The notes beneath the pieces were generated by a model. The model ran no database searches. It saw only the letters and a list, made by a program, of their open reading frames with translations, and was not told the origin of the DNA. Below are positions 8,650 through 16,722 of a stretch of DNA of 64,000 nucleotides, piece after piece. The number at the start of each line of letters is the position of its first letter. The stretch's first letter is position 1. A program made the translations under genes and the position numbers. The stretch is from Alphaproteobacteria bacterium (lineage in GTDB: Bacteria; Pseudomonadota; Alphaproteobacteria; UBA828): assembly GCA_963667785.2 (NCBI GenBank), contig CAXXMU010000001.1, positions 192,001-256,000 on the forward strand. The letters run 5' to 3'.

Positions 8650-9530
8650 CGCCCCCCCCCCCCGACAGCGCGCCGGACGAAAGCGTGCCGACGTTGACGC
8701 CCGACCTCGTCTACAAGCGCGACGTCCTGCGGCGCCGGCTCGGGGACGAGCTGGGCGATCGCACCTTCCGCGCGTGGCTGGAGCGCAGCCTTGCCGCGGT
8801 GACGCCGGCACCCGAGCCGGAGGAGCCGCTTGTGGCTGAGCCGCAGGCAGAGCCGGCGCCGACGAACGACGCGGGGAACGGTTGCGACGGGAGAGCGCCT
8901 TGCCCGGCTGCCTCTCCCGTCGCCGCCGGTTCGATTCCGGCGCGCCGCACCGAACGCACGGGGCCGGCCATCGCCGCCGCGACACAGCGCGGCGATCTGC
9001 GGGGCCGGCCCTGGTCGGAGGAGGAGAAGCAGGCCGTCCGCGAGCGCTACATCGCCGGCGACGCCGTGCTGGATATCGCCGCAGCACTCGGCCGCACGCG
9101 GAACTCTGTGCTGTACGCGATCAACAAGATGGGCCTCTACGGACACCCCGATCGCCCCTGCCGCCGGGCGCGGCGCGGAGGCACCCGCCGGCGGCCCGCA
9201 CCCGATCCCGAGCGCGAGGCTCTCGCCGAGCAGATCGTGGTGGCCTCGGCGCGGCACGCGGCGGAGCCGGACACCGGGCCGGAAGACGAGGACGAGGAGC
9301 CGGAAAGCGACATCCCCGAGCCGGCGCCCGCGCCGCTGCGGGGCTGCCTCTGGATCGAGGGCGACGAGTGGACGCCCACCTGGTGCGGCGCGCCGAGATC
9401 GCCCGGCAGGCCCTACTGCATCGATCACTGCGTGCGGGCCTACGTCACCAGCTCCGGCCGGCGCTTCCCGCGCGGCCATTTCGAGCGACCGCCGGAGCCG
9501 ATGGCGGCGCCCAGGAGGGCATCGGCGTGA
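8646..9530 (+). CDS. GcrA-like cell-cycle regulator with a DnaA-domain-I-like N-terminal extension
   Basis: WSEEEK...IAAALGRTRNSV HTH and C.W..G....CG......PYC..H...AY C-terminus of GcrA. Confidence 0.8.
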   Translation: MTPPPPDSAPDESVPTLTPDLVYKRDVLRRRLGDELGDRTFRAWLERSLAAVTPAPEPEEPLVAEPQAEPAPTNDAGNGCDGRAPCPAASPVAAGSIPARRTERTGPAIAAATQRGDLRGRPWSEEEKQAVRERYIAGDAVLDIAAALGRTRNSVLYAINKMGLYGHPDRPCRRARRGGTRRRPAPDPEREALAEQIVVASARHAAEPDTGPEDEDEEPESDIPEPAPAPLRGCLWIEGDEWTPTWCGAPRSPGRPYCIDHCVRAYVTSSGRRFPRGHFERPPEPMAAPRRASA

Positions 9531-9970
9531 GCACGCCGTCGCCCGCCAGAATCCAGCGGGAGGTCGCGCGGGCCTACGGGCTCAGCATGATCGACCTGAT
9601 CTCCCAGCGCCGCTCGCGGGAGGTCGTCTGGGGCCGGCACGTGGCGATGTATCTCTGCCGCCTGCTCACGCCCCTCTCGTATCCCGCCGTCGGGAGGTAC
9701 TTCGGCAACCGCGATCACACGACCGTGATGTACGCCGTCGGGCGCGTCGCCGCCCGGCTCCACGTGGATGCGGAAGAGGCGGCGCGGGTCGAGACGCTCG
9801 CCGCCGAGATCGCCGCGCCGGCGGCGCAGGTGCGGAGCGAGCCTCGCCTCTACGCCGACGACCGGGCGGCGCGCCGGCAGCTCCTGCTGTCGGTGCTGCT
9901 GGACGTGCACCACGGGCGGCTGGCGCGCCAGCAGCAGGCACTCGAGCGCCTGGAGGCGCAGGCCGTATGA
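9527..9970 (+). CDS. Stand-alone DnaA domain IV (C-terminal HTH) protein
   Basis: RHVAMYLCR...SYPAVGRYFGNRDHTTVMYA matches the DnaA signature. Confidence 0.88.
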   Translation: MSTPSPARIQREVARAYGLSMIDLISQRRSREVVWGRHVAMYLCRLLTPLSYPAVGRYFGNRDHTTVMYAVGRVAARLHVDAEEAARVETLAAEIAAPAAQVRSEPRLYADDRAARRQLLLSVLLDVHHGRLARQQQALERLEAQAV

Positions 9971-10071
9971 CGCGCCGCCGGGGAGCGCTCTGGGTGCTGC
10001 GCCAGCAATTCGTCTGGTGGCGCTGCGCGTGGCTCGCGCCGCGCCGGACCGTCGAGAGGAGGAGCCGATGA
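9967..10071 (+). CDS. 34-aa basic peptide
   Basis: ATGA overlaps at both ends fill the operon gap exactly. Confidence 0.45.
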   Translation: MTRRRGALWVLRQQFVWWRCAWLAPRRTVERRSR

Positions 10072-10610
10072 CCGACACCGTCGCGCTGGAGCGGCCGACC
10101 ATGGACGATATCTTTGCGCTCGCGCGCTCCTACGCGCGCGCCCGCGACGCCCTGGAGGCCGCCGGGGAGGAGATCAGGCAGTTACAGCGCCGGGCGGTCC
10201 GCGACCGCCTGCGCGGGCTGCGGAGCCGCGTGGCCGAGGTCGCGGCGGCCGATGACGCGCTGAGGGCGGCGATCAGGTCCAGCCCCGGCCTGTTCGTGCG
10301 GCCGCGCACGGTCGCGGTCGACGGCGTGAAGGTCGGCCTGCGCAAGCAGGTCGGCGCGCTGGCCGTGGGCGACGAGGCCGCCGCGATCGAGCTGCTGCGG
10401 AAGCGGCTGCCGGGGCTGGCGGACACGTTGATCGTCACGAAGGAGAGCCTCGATCGGAAGGGCCTCCGCAAGCTGCCGGCCGCCGACCTGGCGCGGATCG
10501 GCGTCACCATCGGCGACCCCACCGACGAGGTGGTGATCGCGGCGGCCGAGAGCGATATCGACAAGCTCGTCGACGCCCTGCTCGACGACAGCGTGGAGGA
10601 GGAGGCGTGA
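10068..10610 (+). CDS. Gam-like host-nuclease inhibitor
   Basis: Coiled-coil N-terminus, then FVRPRT...GVKVGLRK...LIVTKESLDR; usual Mu position. Confidence 0.7.
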   Translation: MTDTVALERPTMDDIFALARSYARARDALEAAGEEIRQLQRRAVRDRLRGLRSRVAEVAAADDALRAAIRSSPGLFVRPRTVAVDGVKVGLRKQVGALAVGDEAAAIELLRKRLPGLADTLIVTKESLDRKGLRKLPAADLARIGVTIGDPTDEVVIAAAESDIDKLVDALLDDSVEEEA

Positions 10611-11035
10611 AGTCGCGGCTCAGTAGGCTCCAGCATGCCGAGCTGCAGTTCCTCGCGGGTACCCACACCCGCGTCGGCATGCGCCCACGGCGCCAGGGGA
10701 TGGAGCGGCTGAAGAACCTGGGGCTCATCACTGAGCACGGCAGCGTGACGCTCCTCGGCATGATCGCACTGCATCTCGACGGCCGCCTGCCAGATGCGCG
10801 GATACAGCGCCTCCTCATCGCCCTGGCGGACGCCGACGTCGAGCGCTCCAACAGCTACCGACTGACCGGCGCGCGGGTGCGCGCGCCGGCGGCCGTCCTC
10901 GATCGCTTCGTGGACGCCGGGTTCGCGACCCAGAGGTGGCAGCGCGGCGCGATCCTCTGCCGCGCGACGGGTCTGTGCTGCGAACTCGCCGTCCGCCTCC
11001 GCCAACAGACGCTGCCCCCCCCTGTGGGGGCTTGA
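10607..11035 (+). CDS. Hypothetical phage protein
   Basis: GTGA-coupled ORF with GGAGG RBS. Confidence 0.6.
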   Translation: MKSRLSRLQHAELQFLAGTHTRVGMRPRRQGMERLKNLGLITEHGSVTLLGMIALHLDGRLPDARIQRLLIALADADVERSNSYRLTGARVRAPAAVLDRFVDAGFATQRWQRGAILCRATGLCCELAVRLRQQTLPPPVGA

Positions 11036-11050
11036 GCGGGAGGTGAGGCC

Positions 11051-11266
11051 GTGAAGCGCTGTCTGATCTGCGGCTGCACCGAGGAGTGGGCCTGCGTCGA
11101 CGACCACGGCGACGCCTGCGCCTGGTCGCAGTGCGATCCCCGCATCTGCAGCTTCTGCGACGAGGGCGTGCCCTGCCAGCATGGCGGCGCCTGGCCGCCG
11201 GTCCGCGCGGCCTTCGCCGGCGCGGGCGCCCAGGGCGTGGTGCGCCGGCCGGAGGCCGGGCAGTGA
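11051..11266 (+). CDS. Cys-rich zinc-finger-like phage protein
   Basis: CxxCGC...AC...C.W...CSFC. Confidence 0.7.
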   Translation: MKRCLICGCTEEWACVDDHGDACAWSQCDPRICSFCDEGVPCQHGGAWPPVRAAFAGAGAQGVVRRPEAGQ

Positions 11267-11473
11267 CGAACCTCGAGCTCCGCGTCGAGGACATCGTGAG
11301 GGGGGGGCATCCTCCCCACGGACCACGCTCACCGCGAGACGAACGACGGCACCTGCAGCCGCTGCCGCCGCGCGGTCCGCGAGGACGACGTGCCGCTGAT
11401 GCTCTGGACCGACGACGGCGACACGCTGTGGATCTACTGCGGCGACTGCTGCGCATGGGAGGGCGCGCGATGA
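11263..11473 (+). pseudogene. CxxC...CxxC small protein frameshifted at a G8 tract (11300-11307)
   Basis: Removing one G joins MTNLELRVEDIVRG to GILPTDH...CSRC...YCGDCCAWEGAR*, which ends in an ATGA overlap with the next gene. Confidence 0.6.
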
Positions 11474-11727
11474 AGTTCGACATCTGGGCGAGTCCGGAGG
11501 GTGAGACGCCGGACCCCGACGGCGGATTCGAGGAGCACGTGGACCGCTACACCACGCGGGAGGGCGCGCTCGCCAAGGCCCGCGCGCTGCTCAACGAGGG
11601 CCGCGCAGTCGGGATCGTCCCGGTGGCCGACGACGCGGACCCGCCGGGGGGGGGGGGCGAGGAGCTGAGCGACCCGCTGGATATCCCGCCGCTGCTGCAG
11701 CGTTGCACTGAGGGGGCGAGGCCGTGA
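11470..11727 (+). CDS. Hypothetical phage protein containing a G12 tract
   Basis: Coupled ORF starting MKFDIWASPEG. Confidence 0.6.
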   Translation: MKFDIWASPEGETPDPDGGFEEHVDRYTTREGALAKARALLNEGRAVGIVPVADDADPPGGGGEELSDPLDIPPLLQRCTEGARP

Positions 11728-12160
11728 CCGCACCGCTTCACCTCCTGCGCGCCTTCACGGGGTGGGGCAACGAGCGGCGCCAGCCGATCAGGACCGTCGA
11801 CGGGGCGGAAGCCTGGGTCCGTCACATCGCCGAGCTTGGCTTCGACCGCTTCTACACCTGGTCGAGCCGGACGCCCCGCCGCGCCGACGAATTGAGGGGC
11901 GGCTCCGTCTATTTCGTGGCGAAGCGCCGGGCGCTCTTCCGCATGCCCTTCTCCGAGGTCGAGCCGGACGGTGACGGCTGCGCGATCCGTATGCGGCCCG
12001 AACTGATCCGGGTGCGCCAGGACTACGTCGGCATGGTGCGCGGCCCGGCGCTACCTCCGCGACGCGGACGCCCGGCCCGACCTGCCCGCGATCGCCGGCC
12101 GCCGCCGGCGATGCACCGCCCGAGATGGCGGCCGAGCTGAAGGAGTTGGGCCTTGCCTGA
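11724..12160 (+). pseudogene. DUF1489-like protein with two apparent frameshifts (~12045, ~12100)
   Basis: PRR.DEL.GGSVYFV in frame 1; RYLRDADARPDL and PPEMAAELKELGLA* in other frames. Confidence 0.6.
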
Positions 12161-12836
12161 CCGCGCCCCCGACGAGCGCAAGCGCCTCATCCGCCAGGTG
12201 CACGCCGAGGCGCGCCGCCTCGGCATCGATACCGACGAGCGCCGGGCGCTGCAGGTCCGCGCCGTCGGCAAGGAGAGCTGCGCCGACATGTCCGCCTCGG
12301 AGCTCCGCAGCGTCGTCGCCGCCATGGGCGAGGGCCGGGATCGCCTGCCGGACCACCCCTCGGCGCGGAAGCTGCAGGCGCTCTGGATCAGCGGCTGGTG
12401 CCTCGGCGTGATCGAGGACCGCCGCGACAGCGCCCTCTGCGCCTGGCTGCGCCGCCAGGCCAAGGTCGACGCGGCGCGGTGGATCACGCCGGGCCGCGCG
12501 GCGAAGGCGGTCGACGCGCTCCAGCAGTGGCTCACGCGGGAGGCCGGCGTGGACTGGTCGCCCTATATCCTCGTCGGCCGCGACGGCGTGAATCGCGAGG
12601 TGCACCAGCCGCAGGCCCGCGTGCTGGAAGCGCAGTGGCGCCTGCTGCACAAGCTGGGCTGGGTGCGGAATCCCGACCTGAGCGCGCTGGCCTCCTACGC
12701 CACCCGGCACGGCCGCCTCGCGCATGCGGGCTCGCATACCGAGCTCCGCGACAAGGAGGCCGTCGCGCTGATGCAGGACCTCGGGACGCAGATCCGAGAG
12801 GCGAAGGGCGGCGATGCCGATCAGTCGCGAAGCTGA
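12153..12836 (+). CDS. GemA/gp16-like (DUF1018) regulator
   Basis: LIRQVH...LGID...GKESCADMS..EL; RKLQALW; position before mor. Confidence 0.8.
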   Translation: MPDRAPDERKRLIRQVHAEARRLGIDTDERRALQVRAVGKESCADMSASELRSVVAAMGEGRDRLPDHPSARKLQALWISGWCLGVIEDRRDSALCAWLRRQAKVDAARWITPGRAAKAVDALQQWLTREAGVDWSPYILVGRDGVNREVHQPQARVLEAQWRLLHKLGWVRNPDLSALASYATRHGRLAHAGSHTELRDKEAVALMQDLGTQIREAKGGDADQSRS

Positions 12837-13260
12837 GCGGGCCTATCCCGGCGGCTCTCTCCGCTCGCCGGAGTGGCTCGCGATCCGTCGCGCCATCCTC
12901 GGCCGGGCCGGCCGATTCTGCGAATGCCGGGGGGAATGCGGGATCGACCACCGTGACGAGCGGGCCGACGAGGCGCTCGCCTTCTCGCCGGCGATCGAGT
13001 TGGCGATCGAGCCGCAGCGCTGCTGGGCCATGCACGGCGATGCTCACCCCGTCACCGGCTCCCGCGTGGTGCTGACCATCGCCCACCTCGATCAGGATCC
13101 GGCGAACAATACGCCCGACAACCTCCGCGCCCTCTGCCAGCGGTGTCACAACCGCCTCGACGCGCCCCACAGGCGCGCACACGCGGCCGAGACGCGCAGG
13201 CGGCGCCTGGCGTGCGGAGACCTCTTCGACGGCCCCTACGACGCCCAGGGGGCGCCGTGA
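12814..13260 (+). CDS. HNH-like zinc-binding protein
   Basis: VVLTIAHLDQDPANN..DNLRALCQRCHN. Confidence 0.75.
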   Translation: MPISREAERAYPGGSLRSPEWLAIRRAILGRAGRFCECRGECGIDHRDERADEALAFSPAIELAIEPQRCWAMHGDAHPVTGSRVVLTIAHLDQDPANNTPDNLRALCQRCHNRLDAPHRRAHAAETRRRRLACGDLFDGPYDAQGAP

Positions 13261-13278
13261 GCGCGCCGGGGGGGGGCT

Positions 13279-13620
13279 GTGAGCGGTGAGCCGGCGCTGC
13301 CGGGGGTGCTGGCGGATATCGAGCGCCTGGCGGGGCGCGGAGCCGCAATCGACCTGGCCCTTCAGCACGGCGGCCGGGAGGTCTACTTCCCGGCGGAGAA
13401 GGCGATCGCCGGCGGGGACGACCATCCGCTGCTCCACGTGCTCGGCGCGGCCGCTGCGCTCGTGGTCTGCCGGCACGTGGGTGGGAACGCCATCTATGTG
13501 CCGAGAGCGCGCCGCGCCTGCGCGCTCGAGCTCGCGCGCCGGGGCAAGACGCCGGCCGAGATCGCCGGCCTCCTGAAGACGTCCATCTACACCGCGCGGC
13601 GCTATATCCGACGCTCCTGA
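13279..13620 (+). CDS. Mor/C-family late transcription activator
   Basis: GGREVYFP and GGNAIYVP repeats plus C-terminal HTH; last gene before the lysis block. Confidence 0.8.
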   Translation: MSGEPALPGVLADIERLAGRGAAIDLALQHGGREVYFPAEKAIAGGDDHPLLHVLGAAAALVVCRHVGGNAIYVPRARRACALELARRGKTPAEIAGLLKTSIYTARRYIRRS

Positions 13621-13628
13621 GCGACACC

Positions 13629-13677
13629 TTCACGGGACCATGGTCCCGTGAACATTCCTCGCGCGACTCCATACCAT
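13629..13677 (+). promoter_or_regulatory. Putative late (Plys-like) promoter: palindrome TTCACGGGACCATGGTCCCGTGAA plus -10 TACCAT
   Basis: Second copy of the 76-101 palindrome, 18 nt from GTGAAC to TACCAT (13672-13677). Confidence 0.72.
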
Positions 13678-13720
13678 CCCCCTCATCTGACAACAGCCCC
13701 CCCCCTGAGGAGGATACGAA

Positions 13721-14464
13721 ATGGGCTTTCTCAAGAGGTCGCCTGCCAGGCGACACGTTCTGGCGGCTGCGGCCGCCATCGCCATGGGCGCCGCGCTTCT
13801 CGCCGCCCCGCCGGCCTGGGCCGAGCTCGACGTCGACCACTTCGCACTGGAGTTCGATCGGGCGCTCGCTGAGAGTTCCGCGGCCTTCGATCTGGAGTAC
13901 GCCGATCATCCGATCGTCCTCGCCCACGCCGGACAGCTCTCGCCGAAGGACGACTGCCACAAGCACAAGGCCGCGGGCGAGCGCCACTGGCATCTCGCCG
14001 GGACCGACGATCGCGGCGGCGAGTGCGTCAAGCGCGATGGCGTCACGGTGAAGGTCGGTGCCGAGGCCGAGGTGCTGAAGCAGCGGCTTGCGGCGGCCGA
14101 GGCCGAGGCCATCAACGCCCGGCGCCAGGTCGAGGACCTGACGCGGCAGCGCAATGGCTATGCCGCCGAGGCCGACCGCTGGGAGCGCCGGGCGCTGGAA
14201 GCCGAGGCCCGGATCGACGAGGCGGAACGCGCGGCCATGCGCGCCGCATCGCTGGCGACGACGGCCCAGGCGGAAGCGGAAGCGTCCCGCACCATCGCGG
14301 AGGAGGCCGAGCGCCGCGCTCGGGGCATCGGACCGCGCGTCGACCTGCGGTGCCGCACGGCGGTGGAGAAGATCGTCCACGGCGACACCGGCTGGCTGAG
14401 CTCCTCCGTCTCGGTCGACGAGGAGGAGCGCATCGCGCTGTCCCGCGACTGCCTCGCCCCCTAG
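13721..14464 (+). CDS. Exported coiled-coil protein with a YHYH-like His/Cys motif
   Basis: RRHVL plus signal peptide; AHAGQLSPKDDCHKHKAAGERHWH; long coiled coil; GAGGAGG RBS. Confidence 0.7.
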   Translation: MGFLKRSPARRHVLAAAAAIAMGAALLAAPPAWAELDVDHFALEFDRALAESSAAFDLEYADHPIVLAHAGQLSPKDDCHKHKAAGERHWHLAGTDDRGGECVKRDGVTVKVGAEAEVLKQRLAAAEAEAINARRQVEDLTRQRNGYAAEADRWERRALEAEARIDEAERAAMRAASLATTAQAEAEASRTIAEEAERRARGIGPRVDLRCRTAVEKIVHGDTGWLSSSVSVDEEERIALSRDCLAP

Positions 14465-14474
14465 GAGCGCTCCC

Positions 14475-14906
14475 GTGCTCCATGCCCGCCTCGCGCGGGA
14501 TCGATCCGGCGACCAGGGCACTCTGGGTGTCCTGGTCGCCCGCGATCTCCCGCCGGTCCACATCATGGAGCCGCCCTGGCGGGACAACCGCCGCAACCGC
14601 TCCTGCATCCCGGCCGGCCTCTACGAGGTCGTGCCGCACATCTCGCCCAGATTCAAACGCTGCCTGCTGGTGACGAACGTGCCCGGCCGCAGCCACATCC
14701 TCTTTCACGCCGGCAACCTGGGCGGAGACTCCGAACGCGGCTGGCACACCCACACCGCAGGCTGCCTCCTGCCGGGACTGCGCCGGGGCCGCATCGAGGT
14801 CCGAGGCCGCATCCAGGAGGCCGTCGTCTCGTCGCGCTCCGCCTTTCGCCACCTCATGACCTGGGCCGCCGGCCGGCCCTTCACACTGGAGATCGTCGAT
14901 GCTTGA
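14475..14906 (+). CDS. DUF5675-like putative endolysin
   Basis: EPPW..N....SCIPAG.Y; VPGRSHILFHAGN...HTAGCLL. Confidence 0.75.
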   Translation: MLHARLARDRSGDQGTLGVLVARDLPPVHIMEPPWRDNRRNRSCIPAGLYEVVPHISPRFKRCLLVTNVPGRSHILFHAGNLGGDSERGWHTHTAGCLLPGLRRGRIEVRGRIQEAVVSSRSAFRHLMTWAAGRPFTLEIVDA

Positions 14907-15426
14907 CACGCTCCTCGATGTCGGTGCTTCCATCCTCGCCGGCGGCACCACCGGCCTCCTCGGCACCGCCGTCTCCGGTGTCATCGACTTCTTCCAGGGC
15001 CGCGCTGAGCACAAGCGCGAGCTGGAGCTCCGGCGCCTCGATATCGACCTGGCCAACGCCGAGGGCGCCTCGGCCGAGCGCGTGGCCGCGATAGAGGCCG
15101 AGGGAGAGCGCGATCGCGCCGAGCTTAGGGCGATGGAGGCCTCCTACCGGGAGGCGGGATCGCGGATCTCGCGCCCCGGCGACGGCTTCCTGCTGAAGCT
15201 GGTGGACTTCGTGCGCGGCATGACCCGGCCGGTGCTGACCTGGGGCCTGGTCGCCCTGGTGGGCGTCATCTACTTCACCCTCGGCGCCGAGTTCATAGAG
15301 CCGGGCAGCGTGAAGCCGCGCATCGTCGACACGGTGCTCTACCTCACCACCGCCGCCGTGCTTTGGTGGTTCGGCCAGCGCCAGATCGAGAAGCGGCGCG
15401 CCCAGGGCGTGCCGGGGGTGAAGTGA
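14899..15426 (+). CDS. Putative holin (3TM-type)
   Basis: Hydrophobic N-terminus, RPVLT plus two TM helices, WWFG.R tail; follows the lysin. Confidence 0.7.
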   Translation: MLDTLLDVGASILAGGTTGLLGTAVSGVIDFFQGRAEHKRELELRRLDIDLANAEGASAERVAAIEAEGERDRAELRAMEASYREAGSRISRPGDGFLLKLVDFVRGMTRPVLTWGLVALVGVIYFTLGAEFIEPGSVKPRIVDTVLYLTTAAVLWWFGQRQIEKRRAQGVPGVK

Positions 15427-15453
15427 GCGCCGCCGGGGGGGGGCTGATCCGGC

Positions 15454-15864
15454 ATGGCCATTCCTGACGGCGACGCCTGGCAGGCGTTCGCCAGCTTCGG
15501 GGGCGTGATCGTCTTCCTCGGCGCCGTCGTGGTCGCGCTCCGGCGCCTCGGCGTCATGGGCACGCGGCCCGCGCCGGCGCCCAAGCCGGCGGCCCAAACG
15601 ACAGCCCCGGCCTCCGCATCGGAGTCGGACCTCACCGATATCAAGGAGGGCATAGCCGACGTCAAGGAGCGCCTCGCGCGCGTGGAAACCAGGCTCGAAT
15701 CCCGCAGCGTCGACCACCTTTGGAAGGAACATCGCAAGGTGGAGACGATCGCCAACGAGAACCGCGCCGCCCTGGCCAAGCAGGAAGGGGTGCTGGAGGA
15801 GCTGCGCCCGCTCTTGCGATCACTCAACGAGTATCTCACCCGCGGGAAGGGGGGGGCTGAATGA
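15454..15864 (+). CDS. Membrane-anchored coiled-coil protein (Mu gp25-like position)
   Basis: Single N-terminal TM helix plus coiled coil. Confidence 0.6.
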   Translation: MAIPDGDAWQAFASFGGVIVFLGAVVVALRRLGVMGTRPAPAPKPAAQTTAPASASESDLTDIKEGIADVKERLARVETRLESRSVDHLWKEHRKVETIANENRAALAKQEGVLEELRPLLRSLNEYLTRGKGGAE

Positions 15865-16163
15865 CGTCGTGGGCGCAATGGGAAGAGGAGCGCTGCCGGC
15901 TCGACTGCCTGCGCCTGCTCGACGAGCTCCCCGCCTATTCGGCGAACCACCGCACGCTCGCCGCCGCGTTGCAAACCCGCGGCCACAACCCCTCCGCCGA
16001 CGCCCTGGCCGACACCCTCAACTGGCTGGCCGGGCGGGGCCTCCTGGAGACCCGCGAGGAGGCCGGCTACGTCGTGGCGCGGCTGACCGATCGCGGCGCC
16101 GACGTCGCGGCCGGGCGTGAGACGGTGCCCGGCGTCGCACGCCCCGCACCGGGCGATGACTGA
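15861..16163 (+). CDS. Mu gp26-like protein
   Basis: RL..LRLL...Y.AN...LNWL...GL...ARLT.RGADVA.GR..VPGVARP. Confidence 0.8.
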   Translation: MTSWAQWEEERCRLDCLRLLDELPAYSANHRTLAAALQTRGHNPSADALADTLNWLAGRGLLETREEAGYVVARLTDRGADVAAGRETVPGVARPAPGDD

Positions 16164-16722
16164 GGCCGGCAAGGTGACGCGCGGCCGCATGGGCCGCATC
16201 GATCAGCTCCGCGAGGATCTGCGCGACGCGATTCACAAGTCCCTGCGCGGCGGCGTGCCGCAGAAGACGATCCTCCAGGAGGTGAACGCGGCGCTGGCGG
16301 AGAGCGGCGACAAGCCGATCAGCGCTGCGAGCCTCAACCGCTACGTCAACCGCCCGGCGATCCGGGCGCTGGCCGAGCGCGCGCGCATCGCCTGCGAGAT
16401 CGGCGACGCGGTCGCCCGCTCGGCCGAGGAGGGCGGTGGCACCAACCTCGATCGGGGGCTGGTGCAGGCCGGCCAGACCCTCGCCATGGAGGCGCTGGCG
16501 GAGATCGACTGGGACGGGTTCGAGCCCGAGGACCGCGTGAAGATGGTCGCCAACTTCGGTCTGGCCGTTCGACGCTTCGCCGCGTCCGCCGCCGTCACCG
16601 ACGCGCGCGAGCGGGCGATCCGCGCTGAGGTCGCTGAGGTCGCGGCGAAGGAGGCGCGCAGGCAGGGGCTGTCGGCCGAGGGCGCGGCGAAGATCCGGGC
16701 CAAGGTCGAGGGGGCGGAATGA
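16156..16722 (+). CDS. Small terminase, Mu gp27/DUF3486-like
   Basis: IDQL...ISAASLNRY and GLS.E...IR tail; immediately upstream of the terminase. Confidence 0.8.
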   Translation: MTEAGKVTRGRMGRIDQLREDLRDAIHKSLRGGVPQKTILQEVNAALAESGDKPISAASLNRYVNRPAIRALAERARIACEIGDAVARSAEEGGGTNLDRGLVQAGQTLAMEALAEIDWDGFEPEDRVKMVANFGLAVRRFAASAAVTDARERAIRAEVAEVAAKEARRQGLSAEGAAKIRAKVEGAE

